A stretch of DNA of 64,000 nt, from the UHGV virus genome UHGV-0018629; one strand, given 5' to 3'. How positions within the stretch are numbered: position 1 is the stretch's first letter; every line of letters begins with the position of its first letter. Positions 9,363 to 16,687 of this stretch are shown here, piece after piece. The notes beneath the pieces were generated by a model. The model made no database searches and was not told the DNA's origin. It saw only the letters and a program-made list of their open reading frames with translations. Position numbers and translations under genes: made by a program. Source of the DNA: a virus.

Positions 9363-9924
9363 ATTTTTCTAATAATAAATCGCTTTCAAAATTGGGATTT
9401 TCCACGAATTTATCAAAAAGATCATCAACAATAGTTAAGATATTCTTTTTGCTAAGAATACGTTTATTTTCATGCTTTGTTTCAGAATCAACTATAAGAG
9501 TAAAGAAATATTTCTTTCCCTGAAATTTTACCGTAGTATCAATATAGAACAAATTTGACTTTTGTAAATTACGTTTAAACCATGCGTCACTTAAACTATA
9601 AACGCCAAGATAATCATAATCGTCATTTAAATAACAAACTGTCCATTCAGGAGAAATGAAATCAGTAAATTCAACATCAAAATCACATGTCAATGAATGA
9701 ATTGATTCAATACTTTTAATGAGTATTCCAGGACGTATTAAAGACTTTTTACCTCTAGAAAATCTTCCGGAAAGGCTTTCATCAGTTTCATACGAAGACC
9801 CCCAATAGTAATTACGTCCTTCTGCCATGCGTTTAAGAGCATTTAGTAATTGGTCTGGAACATCAACCTGTCTTTGGAACTCTTCAAACATTGAATTGAA
9901 ATCACTTTGCATTTTCATTTTCAT
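9310..9924 (-). CDS. Hypothetical soluble protein sharing the C-terminal KFVKECR motif
   Basis: 204 aa ORF; C-terminus overlaps start of next gene. Confidence 0.5.
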   Translation of the reverse strand: MKMKMQSDFNSMFEEFQRQVDVPDQLLNALKRMAEGRNYYWGSSYETDESLSGRFSRGKKSLIRPGILIKSIESIHSLTCDFDVEFTDFISPEWTVCYLNDDYDYLGVYSLSDAWFKRNLQKSNLFYIDTTVKFQGKKYFFTLIVDSETKHENKRILSKKNILTIVDDLFDKFVENPNFESDLLLEKFVKECREYVKAITIPSK

Positions 9925-9942
9925 TCCTATTTACTCCAAGTA

Positions 9943-9960
9943 ATAGGGGCCGAAGCCCCT
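9943..9960 (-). other. Stable UUCG-tetraloop hairpin (ggggc-ttcg-gcccc on minus strand) downstream of the coiled-coil gene
   Basis: Sequence aggggccgaagcccct; identical hairpin recurs at 51931..51948 after hoc. Confidence 0.5.
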
Positions 9961-9965
9961 TATCA

Positions 9966-10559
9966 TTATTTCAGAGAATTAATGTATTCCTGAACATCGG
10001 CAGAGGTAGTTTCAACCCCGGAAATATTACCGTTAAAGGTTTCAACTCGAGCAAGGGTATCTTCAATATCAACCTTAGTCAGCGCTGCAATTTCAACTAC
10101 ATCATCGGCAGTACTAATTCCAAGGGCATTTGCTGCACGAGTTTCACGGATATATTCCAATTTAACTGCAAGTTCTTGGCGAGCATCATCTAACTCAACT
10201 ACTTTCTTAGCAATTTCAATTCGCATTTCAGCATAACCGTCAGCCTTAGTAGTCAACTGCTCAGCTGTTCGACGATATAGTAAACCGAGTTTAGCATGCA
10301 TTGTTACATCTTGACCTTCGGAAAGAAGTTTACGAATTTCACGCTCTTTTGATTCAGCCTGTCGATTCTTTTCGACAATAAGTTCACGAATACGTTTTTC
10401 TTCATTAATAGATTTAACAGAAGCAGTTTTTAGATCTTTAATTTTATCAAGTAGTTTTGCTGCAGCAGCAGTATACTGTTCTTCAACAGATAGATTTTTA
10501 GCCATAGCAGAACCAAGTTTAGTGCGAATAAACTCAACAATTTTCTTCAGTGTGTTCAT
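9966..10559 (-). CDS. Coiled-coil protein, possibly PspA/IM30-like
   Basis: 197 aa, long heptad-rich helices with charged repeats; family assignment is from architecture only. Confidence 0.4.
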   Translation of the reverse strand: MNTLKKIVEFIRTKLGSAMAKNLSVEEQYTAAAAKLLDKIKDLKTASVKSINEEKRIRELIVEKNRQAESKEREIRKLLSEGQDVTMHAKLGLLYRRTAEQLTTKADGYAEMRIEIAKKVVELDDARQELAVKLEYIRETRAANALGISTADDVVEIAALTKVDIEDTLARVETFNGNISGVETTSADVQEYINSLK

Positions 10560-10616
10560 AGTATTTCCTTAGGTTGATACAATTAGATAATATCACGTTT
10601 TTAATAGATTGTAAAC

Positions 10617-10952
10617 TTATTCTTCGTCTATCTCATCGATAAAGACGTCAATGGCCTCGATAACGGCATCATTGATAGCCAATAAAGTAAAATCATCGTC
10701 AGTGCCTTTAGAAGATTCTAAAGCATTGATATATGCTTGGTTAGCAAGTTCCCAAGCCTTTTTAAAATAAGGAGCTTCATCATCAGGGCCAACGAAACGT
10801 ACACCTTCAAAGATACGGTTAGCATAATCCAATACCCACTGTACAGGCATGTTTTGAGAACGTTCGTTAAACTCTTTAAATTCCTTAGATTCAAAAAGCT
10901 CTTCGGGATAATAATTTCGATTACAAAAAGCTTTACTAAAGTTACGTTTCAT
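10617..10952 (-). CDS. Hypothetical protein with acidic C-terminus
   Basis: 111 aa ORF. Confidence 0.4.
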   Translation of the reverse strand: MKRNFSKAFCNRNYYPEELFESKEFKEFNERSQNMPVQWVLDYANRIFEGVRFVGPDDEAPYFKKAWELANQAYINALESSKGTDDDFTLLAINDAVIEAIDVFIDEIDEE

Positions 10953-11007
10953 AATGTTCTCCTCAAGTTACAGGCTCATAATATCTCAATCATGAGCCTG
11001 TGTAAAC

Positions 11008-11325
11008 TTATTTCATATTATTGAAATATTCTTCTGCGATTTCGTCGTTATCATGGTAAACTTTAGAAGACAGTTTAACATAACCTTCAGCTGTGAACAT
11101 GTTAATCACAACCTTTACAGTATACCACTGACCATCTTCATTACCCATTACTGCGTAAGTTTCAAACATCGGATGGTCAGGACCGATAACTTTAATATCA
11201 TTCACTGTACGACCGAAATCTTCTGAAACACATTTCATAAAGAAGTTGAACAGTTCGCCGTAATTATCCATTTCATTCTCCAAGTTGTTTTTCTGTATCA
11301 GTAGTTGATAGTTGTATAGTACCAT
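11008..11325 (-). CDS. Hypothetical protein
   Basis: 105 aa ORF; likely real start at internal Met MDNYGELF. Confidence 0.4.
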   Translation of the reverse strand: MVLYNYQLLIQKNNLENEMDNYGELFNFFMKCVSEDFGRTVNDIKVIGPDHPMFETYAVMGNEDGQWYTVKVVINMFTAEGYVKLSSKVYHDNDEIAEEYFNNMK

Positions 11326-11441
11326 GGAAGAACAGTGATGTAAACAGTTTTGTGAAAAAATTTTTAGGGAATTCTGGGGCAGGGAGGGGCAATTAAAAGG
11401 TAGGATAATATATTATAAAGGGTATAAACTAAATGATGCCT

Positions 11442-11471
11442 AGAGAGGCCCAGAAAGGCCCAGAAAGGCCT
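11442..11471. repeat. Three tandem 10-bp GC-rich units (tagagaggcc cagaaaggcc cagaaaggcc)
   Basis: Direct tandem repeat in intergenic DNA, next to G-rich tract gggcagggaggggc at 11378..11391. Confidence 0.7.
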
Positions 11472-11475
11472 AGAT

Positions 11476-11504
11476 ACCAAAAAGCCCTATCATTTAGATA
11501 GGGA
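11476..11504 (-). terminator. Intrinsic terminator (stem ccctatc/gataggg followed by T-run on minus strand)
   Basis: 8 nt downstream of the stop of 11512..12075. Confidence 0.65.
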
Positions 11505-11511
11505 TTTAAAA

Positions 11512-12075
11512 TTATTTATCTAGTTTAGTTATTATAGCTTCTGCAGCAGCTTTTAGCTTAGATGCGGTGTTAATACGATTTTTAATTTCAGTATACGCAT
11601 CGCCAAGAACATCAAGGCTATCAGAATAAACACTTACACTATTGCGTTCGCTATTTGAAATAGAACCTTTAGTTTTGCGGTCAAAATCGGTGTACACGTC
11701 TTGAAGATCGCGGGCTGCCTTCTTTGCATCATCCAATGCATCAAGAGCTTTATTCAAAGCATTAACGTATTTTTTAGTGTCGAACATATTCTTAGAAATT
11801 TTAACAGGTGCGCGTTCAGGAGTAGCTAACACAGATTTAGGAACCTGAGCGCCAGATGCCAATTTCTTAGAAATTTTGAAAAATGCTTTATTGAATTTAT
11901 TTTCTTGACTCATTGTAAAAGAACTATTATCGATGTTGTACATTTCAATAGCTTTAGCTTTCCACTTAAGAAAATCGCCGCGGTCTTTTGGGTCCAATTG
12001 GAAGAATACTTTAGTAAGATCTGCTTCAGATGGTAATTTTGCTGCTTCGGTTAAAAATTCGGCATAAGTTTTCAT
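11512..12075 (-). CDS. Internal-protein-like gene with capsid-targeting sequence
   Basis: 187 aa; N-terminus MKTYAEFLTE|AA matches the CTS/cleavage pattern; Lys/Ala-rich body. Confidence 0.55.
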   Translation of the reverse strand: MKTYAEFLTEAAKLPSEADLTKVFFQLDPKDRGDFLKWKAKAIEMYNIDNSSFTMSQENKFNKAFFKISKKLASGAQVPKSVLATPERAPVKISKNMFDTKKYVNALNKALDALDDAKKAARDLQDVYTDFDRKTKGSISNSERNSVSVYSDSLDVLGDAYTEIKNRINTASKLKAAAEAIITKLDK

Positions 12076-12162
12076 TTAAAATCCTTGAAATAATTTATCG
12101 GTTGGTTATTAATTATTTATTACTTTGTTACTATCCGTAGCAGCATTCTCTATGTGATTCAA

Positions 12163-12196
12163 ACTAAAAAGCCCCAACCTTTTGGTCGGGGCTAAG
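12163..12196 (-). terminator. Intrinsic terminator, repeat copy A (agccccgacc-aaaa-ggttggggc + TTTTT on minus strand)
   Basis: Identical 34-bp copy at 12718..12751. Confidence 0.75.
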
Positions 12197-12200
12197 AATG

Positions 12201-12674
12201 TTATTTGATTTGTTTAGCAGACCAAATGCGGTCTTTAATAATTTTTTGGATGTCTTCAACATACTCAAGAGAGTGAACATGTGGATTATCTTTGAAACTA
12301 TAAGCACGGGCTAACTTTTGGCCTTCGGTCTTAATTATCAAAAGTTCTTTAAGAATTGCTTCATATTTAGAGATAATTCCTTTAACGATATTTTTTTCTT
12401 GTGCGGCTTTAGGATCTGCTTTAGGAGCAGGTTTACCTGAAGCCTTTGCAAAAGCAGCGCCAGTAGCAACTAGACTTTTCCAGGCCATACTAACCGCATT
12501 TCCTGTAAATCCTTCTGCTTTCATGTCGCGAGCAAATTGGAATCGTGATTCATCAGAAGCATCTTTATAAGAATATTTACCCGCTGCAATGGCTGCTTTT
12601 GCAACAGCTTGAATTTCGGTGCTAGATGCTTCATTTAACACCGCTTCATTTAAAAATTGAGTATATGATTTCAT
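12201..12674 (-). CDS. Internal-protein-like gene with capsid-targeting sequence
   Basis: 157 aa; N-terminus MKSYTQFLNE|AV; flanked by identical terminator repeats. Confidence 0.55.
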   Translation of the reverse strand: MKSYTQFLNEAVLNEASSTEIQAVAKAAIAAGKYSYKDASDESRFQFARDMKAEGFTGNAVSMAWKSLVATGAAFAKASGKPAPKADPKAAQEKNIVKGIISKYEAILKELLIIKTEGQKLARAYSFKDNPHVHSLEYVEDIQKIIKDRIWSAKQIK

Positions 12675-12717
12675 CTTATTTCCTGTTTTAATTCGTGGCT
12701 TTAATATACTTATTTAT

Positions 12718-12751
12718 ACTAAAAAGCCCCAACCTTTTGGTCGGGGCTAAG
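12718..12751 (-). terminator. Intrinsic terminator, repeat copy B (34/34 identical to 12163..12196)
   Basis: Perfect direct repeat. Confidence 0.75.
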
Positions 12752-13035
12752 CCTTGCGGCAACCTTGTCGGGGTTCCACCTGCTAAGGCAAGTGTTTGTA
12801 CGAAACGCCGGGATTCGAACCCGGTTATTAAGCAGTTGACGCTACTCAATATTTTTAAAAGGCCATATCTCGACCATATCCGAACGTTCCGTCGAAAACG
12901 CTACTCAGCTTACGGCAAAGATATTTCCTCGAATCGATAATTCGGTGCGCCGTTTCTGCTGTGATATAAGGGGGCATCAATAAACACAAAGATTATTAAC
13001 GCAATTCCTTACTCAGGGAACATCAGTCCGACGAC
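12752..13035 (-). ncRNA. Candidate structured non-coding region with tRNA T-arm-like hairpin (ccggg-ttcgaat-cccgg)
   Basis: No ORF above about 22 codons on the minus strand; GC content visibly above phage background; no full cloverleaf could be folded by eye. Confidence 0.3.
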
Positions 13036-13590
13036 TTACCGGTAGCGACCCGGTTTCTCATTTGGTATTTCAAATTGTGTAGATTTAGTATCTAATTTTT
13101 TAACTACGGAACTTATGTCATGAAAGAAAAACCATTCGCCATTTATATGGTCCTGATTATAAATGCTGTGCATATATTTTTCAAGTTCTACTGCATCCTG
13201 GGAATATCTAAATGATACTATTTTAAAACTTTTAAACGGTGAAAATGTATTTGCTGTTATAACTCTAACATCGGGTTCTATACTTCTTCCTATTTTATAA
13301 TAATTAGGATTTGTAGTATCTACCATTATGTATACGAAAGCCTGTCGATAGCTTTTTTCTATATCAAATTCATCTTTAAATTTCAAAAGATTTAGGGCGG
13401 CAGTCCTACAAAATACTTTCCATTTTGACAAACGTTTGGCTTCAGTCATAGAAAAGAATTTTTTCTTATCTGTTATTTTAAGAAAAGCAACATTTTCAAT
13501 TAGTTCTTGTGTTATTTCAAAATTACCATGGTATATTAATCCAGCTTTTATAGCCAAATTAATTTGGTCCCAGTCTACATCACTTCTCAT
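13036..13590 (-). CDS. T5orf172/MUG113-like (GIY-YIG-related) domain protein
   Basis: 184 aa; C-terminal half VYIMVDTTNPNYYKIGRS...R...LEKYMH...GEWFF fits the T5orf172 pattern. Confidence 0.5.
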   Translation of the reverse strand: MRSDVDWDQINLAIKAGLIYHGNFEITQELIENVAFLKITDKKKFFSMTEAKRLSKWKVFCRTAALNLLKFKDEFDIEKSYRQAFVYIMVDTTNPNYYKIGRSIEPDVRVITANTFSPFKSFKIVSFRYSQDAVELEKYMHSIYNQDHINGEWFFFHDISSVVKKLDTKSTQFEIPNEKPGRYR

Positions 13591-13611
13591 AATATTATTC
13601 TCTCAATAATT

Positions 13612-13688
13612 TGGCCAGGGTGAAAGGATTCTAACCTTTAACCTGCGGTTTAGAGGACCGCTACTCTATACAATTGAGTTACACCCCG
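13612..13688 (-). tRNA. tRNA-Arg (anticodon UCU), CCA encoded
   Basis: Hand-folded cloverleaf: acceptor cggggtg/caccctg, anticodon arm gcggt-cctctaa-accgc; atypical D- and T-loops. Confidence 0.55.
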
Positions 13689-13813
13689 TAATTAGTTCAC
13701 AGCAATACCTACTCCAACAATCAAGATGTCTTCACACGAAATTAAGAGAAGAGTGATCAGTTCAACCCTATAATCGCGTCAAGTAGATATTAATGTGACA
13801 GTTGTCACAAATT
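13689..13813 (-). ncRNA. Candidate small stable RNA between tRNA-Arg and tRNA-Asn
   Basis: 125-nt non-coding spacer in a co-transcribed tRNA cluster; contains hairpin tgtgac/gtcaca; analogous to T4 species 1/2 RNAs by position only. Confidence 0.25.
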
Positions 13814-13888
13814 TGGCGGACGTGATAGGATTCGAACCTATAACCAATCGCTTAACAGGCGATCGCTCTGCCATTGAGCTACACATCC
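13814..13888 (-). tRNA. tRNA-Asn (anticodon GUU), CCA encoded
   Basis: Cloverleaf: acceptor ggatgtg/cacgtcc, anticodon loop ctgttaa, T-loop ttcgaat. Confidence 0.75.
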
Positions 13889-13892
13889 AAAT

Positions 13893-13979
13893 TGGTGGGG
13901 AGTGATGGAGTCGAACCACCCGAGTCGCAATGACAATGGATTTACAGTCCACACCGCTACCTCTACGGGATAACTCCCC
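13893..13979 (-). tRNA. tRNA-Tyr (anticodon GUA), type II with long variable arm, CCA encoded
   Basis: Acceptor ggggagt/actcccc, anticodon loop ctgtaaa. Confidence 0.75.
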
Positions 13980-13992
13980 TTAATTCTTAATT

Positions 13993-14067
13993 TGGTGGCC
14001 CTGGGTGGAATTGAACCACCATCTGGCGATTATGAGTCGCTTGCTTGAACCTTCCAGCTACAGGGCC
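13993..14067 (-). tRNA. tRNA with CAU anticodon (Met, or Ile if lysidine-modified as in T4)
   Basis: Acceptor ggccctg/cagggcc, anticodon loop ctcataa. Confidence 0.75.
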
Positions 14068-14068
14068 T

Positions 14069-14144
14069 TGGTGCTGATTGACGGAATCGAACCGCCGACC
14101 TTCTCATTACAAGTGAGTTGCTCTACCTACTGAGCTAAATCAGC
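14069..14144 (-). tRNA. tRNA-Thr (anticodon UGU)
   Basis: Acceptor gctgatt/aatcagc, anticodon loop cttgtaa, T-loop ttcgatt. Confidence 0.75.
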
Positions 14145-14149
14145 AAAAC

Positions 14150-14239
14150 TGGCGGAGGCGATAGGATTTGAACCTATGAGTCACCGGAGCGACTGCCGGT
14201 TTTCAAGACCGGTGCATTAAACCACTCTGCCACGCCTCC
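14150..14239 (-). tRNA. tRNA-Ser (anticodon UGA), type II
   Basis: Acceptor ggaggcg/cgcctcc, anticodon arm ccggt-cttgaaa-accgg, long variable arm. Confidence 0.75.
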
Positions 14240-14245
14240 AAATAT

Positions 14246-14896
14246 TTATATATTGTTAATTTGATTTAGAATTCTTTTTGCTTGAGTATGACTTACGCCA
14301 ATATGCTTAGCATATTTAGATAATTCGCCACGCTTAGAAAAATCATATAATTTAGAAATTTCTATTCTTCTTTTTCTTTCATCCGCAGAAACTTTTGCTT
14401 CGTTTGCTTTTGCTATTTTACGTTTAGCTTCTTGAGAATGAGTTTTACCAGCAAAGCCATTCTTCATTAATCCATTTGAAGACCATCCTTTTAATTTTCC
14501 GTTAGAATGTGCCTTTTTAACACCCAATGAAATTAATTCACGTTGCTGATCTGTCATAGGATAATTATTTATATGATCCCATCCACCTTCACCTCCAAGT
14601 TTTAAATTATACACATCTGGTCTATTTAAAAACTCTTCTGTGACAATATTTTTCTCGGCTTCAAGCATAGATTCTTTATCATCAAAATACTCTAATATTT
14701 CTTTAGAAAAATTTTCTATACCATATTTATCTTGGGCTCTTTTTAATAATTTACCAGAACCCATATATCCATCATCTAAATTTTCGGTAGAATGCACACC
14801 AATATAAATTTTATTATTAATTTTATTTGTTATTTTATAAAGATAAAAATGCATATCAGTCCCTAATAAAGAACTGAGCGTCTCACGACGAGTCAT
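14246..14896 (-). CDS. segB: GIY-YIG homing endonuclease (SegB-like) inside the tRNA cluster
   Basis: 216 aa; N-terminal GIY-YIG motif YLYKITNKINNKIYIGVHST, basic C-terminal DNA-binding region; lies between tRNA-Gly and tRNA-Ser. Confidence 0.75.
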   Translation of the reverse strand: MTRRETLSSLLGTDMHFYLYKITNKINNKIYIGVHSTENLDDGYMGSGKLLKRAQDKYGIENFSKEILEYFDDKESMLEAEKNIVTEEFLNRPDVYNLKLGGEGGWDHINNYPMTDQQRELISLGVKKAHSNGKLKGWSSNGLMKNGFAGKTHSQEAKRKIAKANEAKVSADERKRRIEISKLYDFSKRGELSKYAKHIGVSHTQAKRILNQINNI

Positions 14897-14900
14897 AAAT

Positions 14901-14974
<74 letters not shown>

Positions 14975-14979
14975 AAATT

Positions 14980-15066
14980 TGGTGCGAGAAGTGGGACTCG
15001 AACCCACAAGGAAATCATTCCGCAGCATTTTAAGTGCTGTGCCTTTACCAATTTGACCATTCTCGC
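14980..15066 (-). tRNA. tRNA-Leu (anticodon UAA), type II
   Basis: Acceptor gcgagaa/ttctcgc, anticodon arm cagca-cttaaaa-tgctg. Confidence 0.75.
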
Positions 15067-15067
15067 G

Positions 15068-15140
15068 CTGGGAATAAAGGACTCGAACCTTTGCATCCTG
15101 GAATCAAAATCCAGTGCCTTACCAACTTGGCTAATTCCCA
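15068..15140 (-). tRNA. tRNA-Gln (anticodon UUG), no encoded CCA, abuts tRNA-Leu
   Basis: Acceptor tgggaat/attccca, anticodon arm ctgga-ttttgat-tccag; one nt separates it from tRNA-Leu. Confidence 0.7.
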
Positions 15141-15208
15141 ATTATTAACAAAGGCTCTCAAACAAGAACCCTTGATGATAGAGGGTATTAATCAGTGCGA
15201 TATGAGTT

Positions 15209-15235
15209 AATAATAACAAATAATTCTTAAAGCAA
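15209..15235 (-). promoter_or_regulatory. MotA-dependent middle-promoter-like element upstream of the tRNA cluster
   Basis: Minus strand atttGCTTTAag (MotA box) followed 12 nt later by tattat (-10), about 60 nt upstream of tRNA-Gln. Confidence 0.4.
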
Positions 15236-15381
15236 ATTAAACATTTTAACGGTCGGCAAAACAATTTCTTCTTCTATATAAGAGTATTTAACACTCTCAA
15301 CTACACGCAAAAAATCATAATCATAATACTCAGAAGCATTACCTAAAATATTAATAAGTCCTTCAAGCACTTTATTACCAT

Positions 15382-15750
15382 TCACAAAAATAAATCAAAT
15401 ACACGTTCTTCGTCTTCTTCGGATTTATTACCAAGGTCAACTTCTATGTCAAAGACCTTTTTAATGAATTCTGGATAAAGTTGTTCTGAGAACAGTCCTT
15501 CAACCAAGTATTCATAAATAAAAAGCGATTGCTCGCTGAACAAGCCATTACCACAATAACGTTCAGCTTTAGTACTAGAATGTCTGCTTTTAAACTTCTT
15601 TAAAAGATATTGGAATTGTAAGATTTCATGCTCTTCTACGCCAAACAGTGTTTTGGTTTTATAGTTGTCACCATCATTTTCCCAGGTAGTGACATCAATT
15701 ACGTAACCCTGCGGAATTGTAGTACCCAAACAAATATTCATTTTCACCAC
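15382..15750 (-). CDS. Hypothetical protein
   Basis: 122 aa ORF between tRNA cluster and ipI-position gene. Confidence 0.4.
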   Translation of the reverse strand: MVKMNICLGTTIPQGYVIDVTTWENDGDNYKTKTLFGVEEHEILQFQYLLKKFKSRHSSTKAERYCGNGLFSEQSLFIYEYLVEGLFSEQLYPEFIKKVFDIEVDLGNKSEEDEERVFDLFL

Positions 15751-16040
15751 GCTGCATTAATGTAAGTATATTTAATACATTCAAGATCCAAAGGATTCTT
15801 GAAAATATCATATTCAAGAGGACCTTTTTCTGTTTCAATAAAGAAATCAAAATTTACTGTATTAAATTTACGGTCTTCCTTTACTAATTTAACTTGAGAA
15901 GATGAACGGTCAATGTAAACCTTTTCAACTTCAAAATATGTTAAAATACCATAATCATCAATCAAGGATTTAGCTGCTTCTTGATCATATTTATATCCAT
16001 TTTCAATGGATGATACTTTCGCATAAAGAATCATTATCAA
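15744..16040 (-). CDS. Hypothetical protein
   Basis: 98 aa ORF, overlapping stop/start with neighbours. Confidence 0.4.
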   Translation of the reverse strand: MIMILYAKVSSIENGYKYDQEAAKSLIDDYGILTYFEVEKVYIDRSSSQVKLVKEDRKFNTVNFDFFIETEKGPLEYDIFKNPLDLECIKYTYINAAW

Positions 16041-16426
16041 CCTTCATCAACAATAGTGTGCGTATTGGCATTTACAATTTGCCACCAATCAAAGCGATTA
16101 GAACCATAATCTGGTTTGTTTTCATTTTCTTTGATAATGTCACGGAGTTCATCTTCGGTAGCGGCTTTCGCTATTAAATCAGCATATCCACCACGAGGAT
16201 AATAATTATCACCTGCAAAAAGTAAAAAGTTTGGTTTAATGTTATTGAACTCTTCGAGAGTAATAACTTTTCCTGACGGTTGAACAATCTCTACATATTT
16301 ATATCCCAATTTTTGAGCAGCATCTACTGCTTCAAGCAAAGTATCATGAGCCCATCCAATTTGACAACCTGGCTTTTCAGATGGATTCGCCTGATAATCC
16401 GCATACACTTTATACATTCTATTCAC
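16037..16426 (-). CDS. Hypothetical protein
   Basis: 129 aa ORF. Confidence 0.45.
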   Translation of the reverse strand: MNRMYKVYADYQANPSEKPGCQIGWAHDTLLEAVDAAQKLGYKYVEIVQPSGKVITLEEFNNIKPNFLLFAGDNYYPRGGYADLIAKAATEDELRDIIKENENKPDYGSNRFDWWQIVNANTHTIVDEG

Positions 16427-16643
16427 CTTTAGAAATTTTATCCATAACGATAGCGATTAAACCAATTAAAAATGCTACTACAAGTGAAAACACATTTTCT
16501 GCTGTAGTTAATAATCCACATATAAATCCAACAAACATTGAAAAACTAAAAGCAGAAGCAGAAATTGCAATAGCAACATTTCGAATTAATTCACAACGTT
16601 TCATTTTTATTCTCCTCAGTAGTTGATAGGGTAATAGTATCAC
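16419..16643 (-). CDS. Small membrane protein
   Basis: 74 aa; hydrophobic segments AIAISASAFSFSMFVGFICGLL and FSLVVAFLIGLIAIV. Confidence 0.45.
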   Translation of the reverse strand: MILLPYQLLRRIKMKRCELIRNVAIAISASAFSFSMFVGFICGLLTTAENVFSLVVAFLIGLIAIVMDKISKGE

Positions 16644-16687
16644 ACTATTACCCTACTGTAAACAACTTTGTGAAATTATTTTAAATC
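16628..16687 (-). promoter_or_regulatory. Early-promoter-like cassette: 11-bp-stem hairpin plus conserved 30-mer with GTTTAC box
   Basis: Perfect hairpin agggtaatagt-atcac-actattaccct; 30-mer gtaaacaactttgtgaaattattttaaatc identical to 16988..17017. Confidence 0.5.

Noticed and set aside
11442-11471. Short tandem repeats considered as a CRISPR array
   Set aside because: Units are 10 bp with no spacers, only three copies, no cas genes; a simple tandem repeat
12695-12940. Plus-strand 81-aa ORF
   Set aside because: Spans an intrinsic terminator and the tRNA-like non-coding tract, antisense to the local transcription direction; no start context
12752-13035. tmRNA or complete tRNA gene in the GC-rich tract
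   Set aside because: Only a T-arm-like hairpin is present; no matching acceptor stem, anticodon arm or CCA end could be folded, and no tmRNA tag reading frame motif seen
16381-16626. Plus-strand 81-aa ORF
   Set aside because: Antisense to two overlapping minus-strand genes; mirrors the hydrophobic segments of the membrane gene
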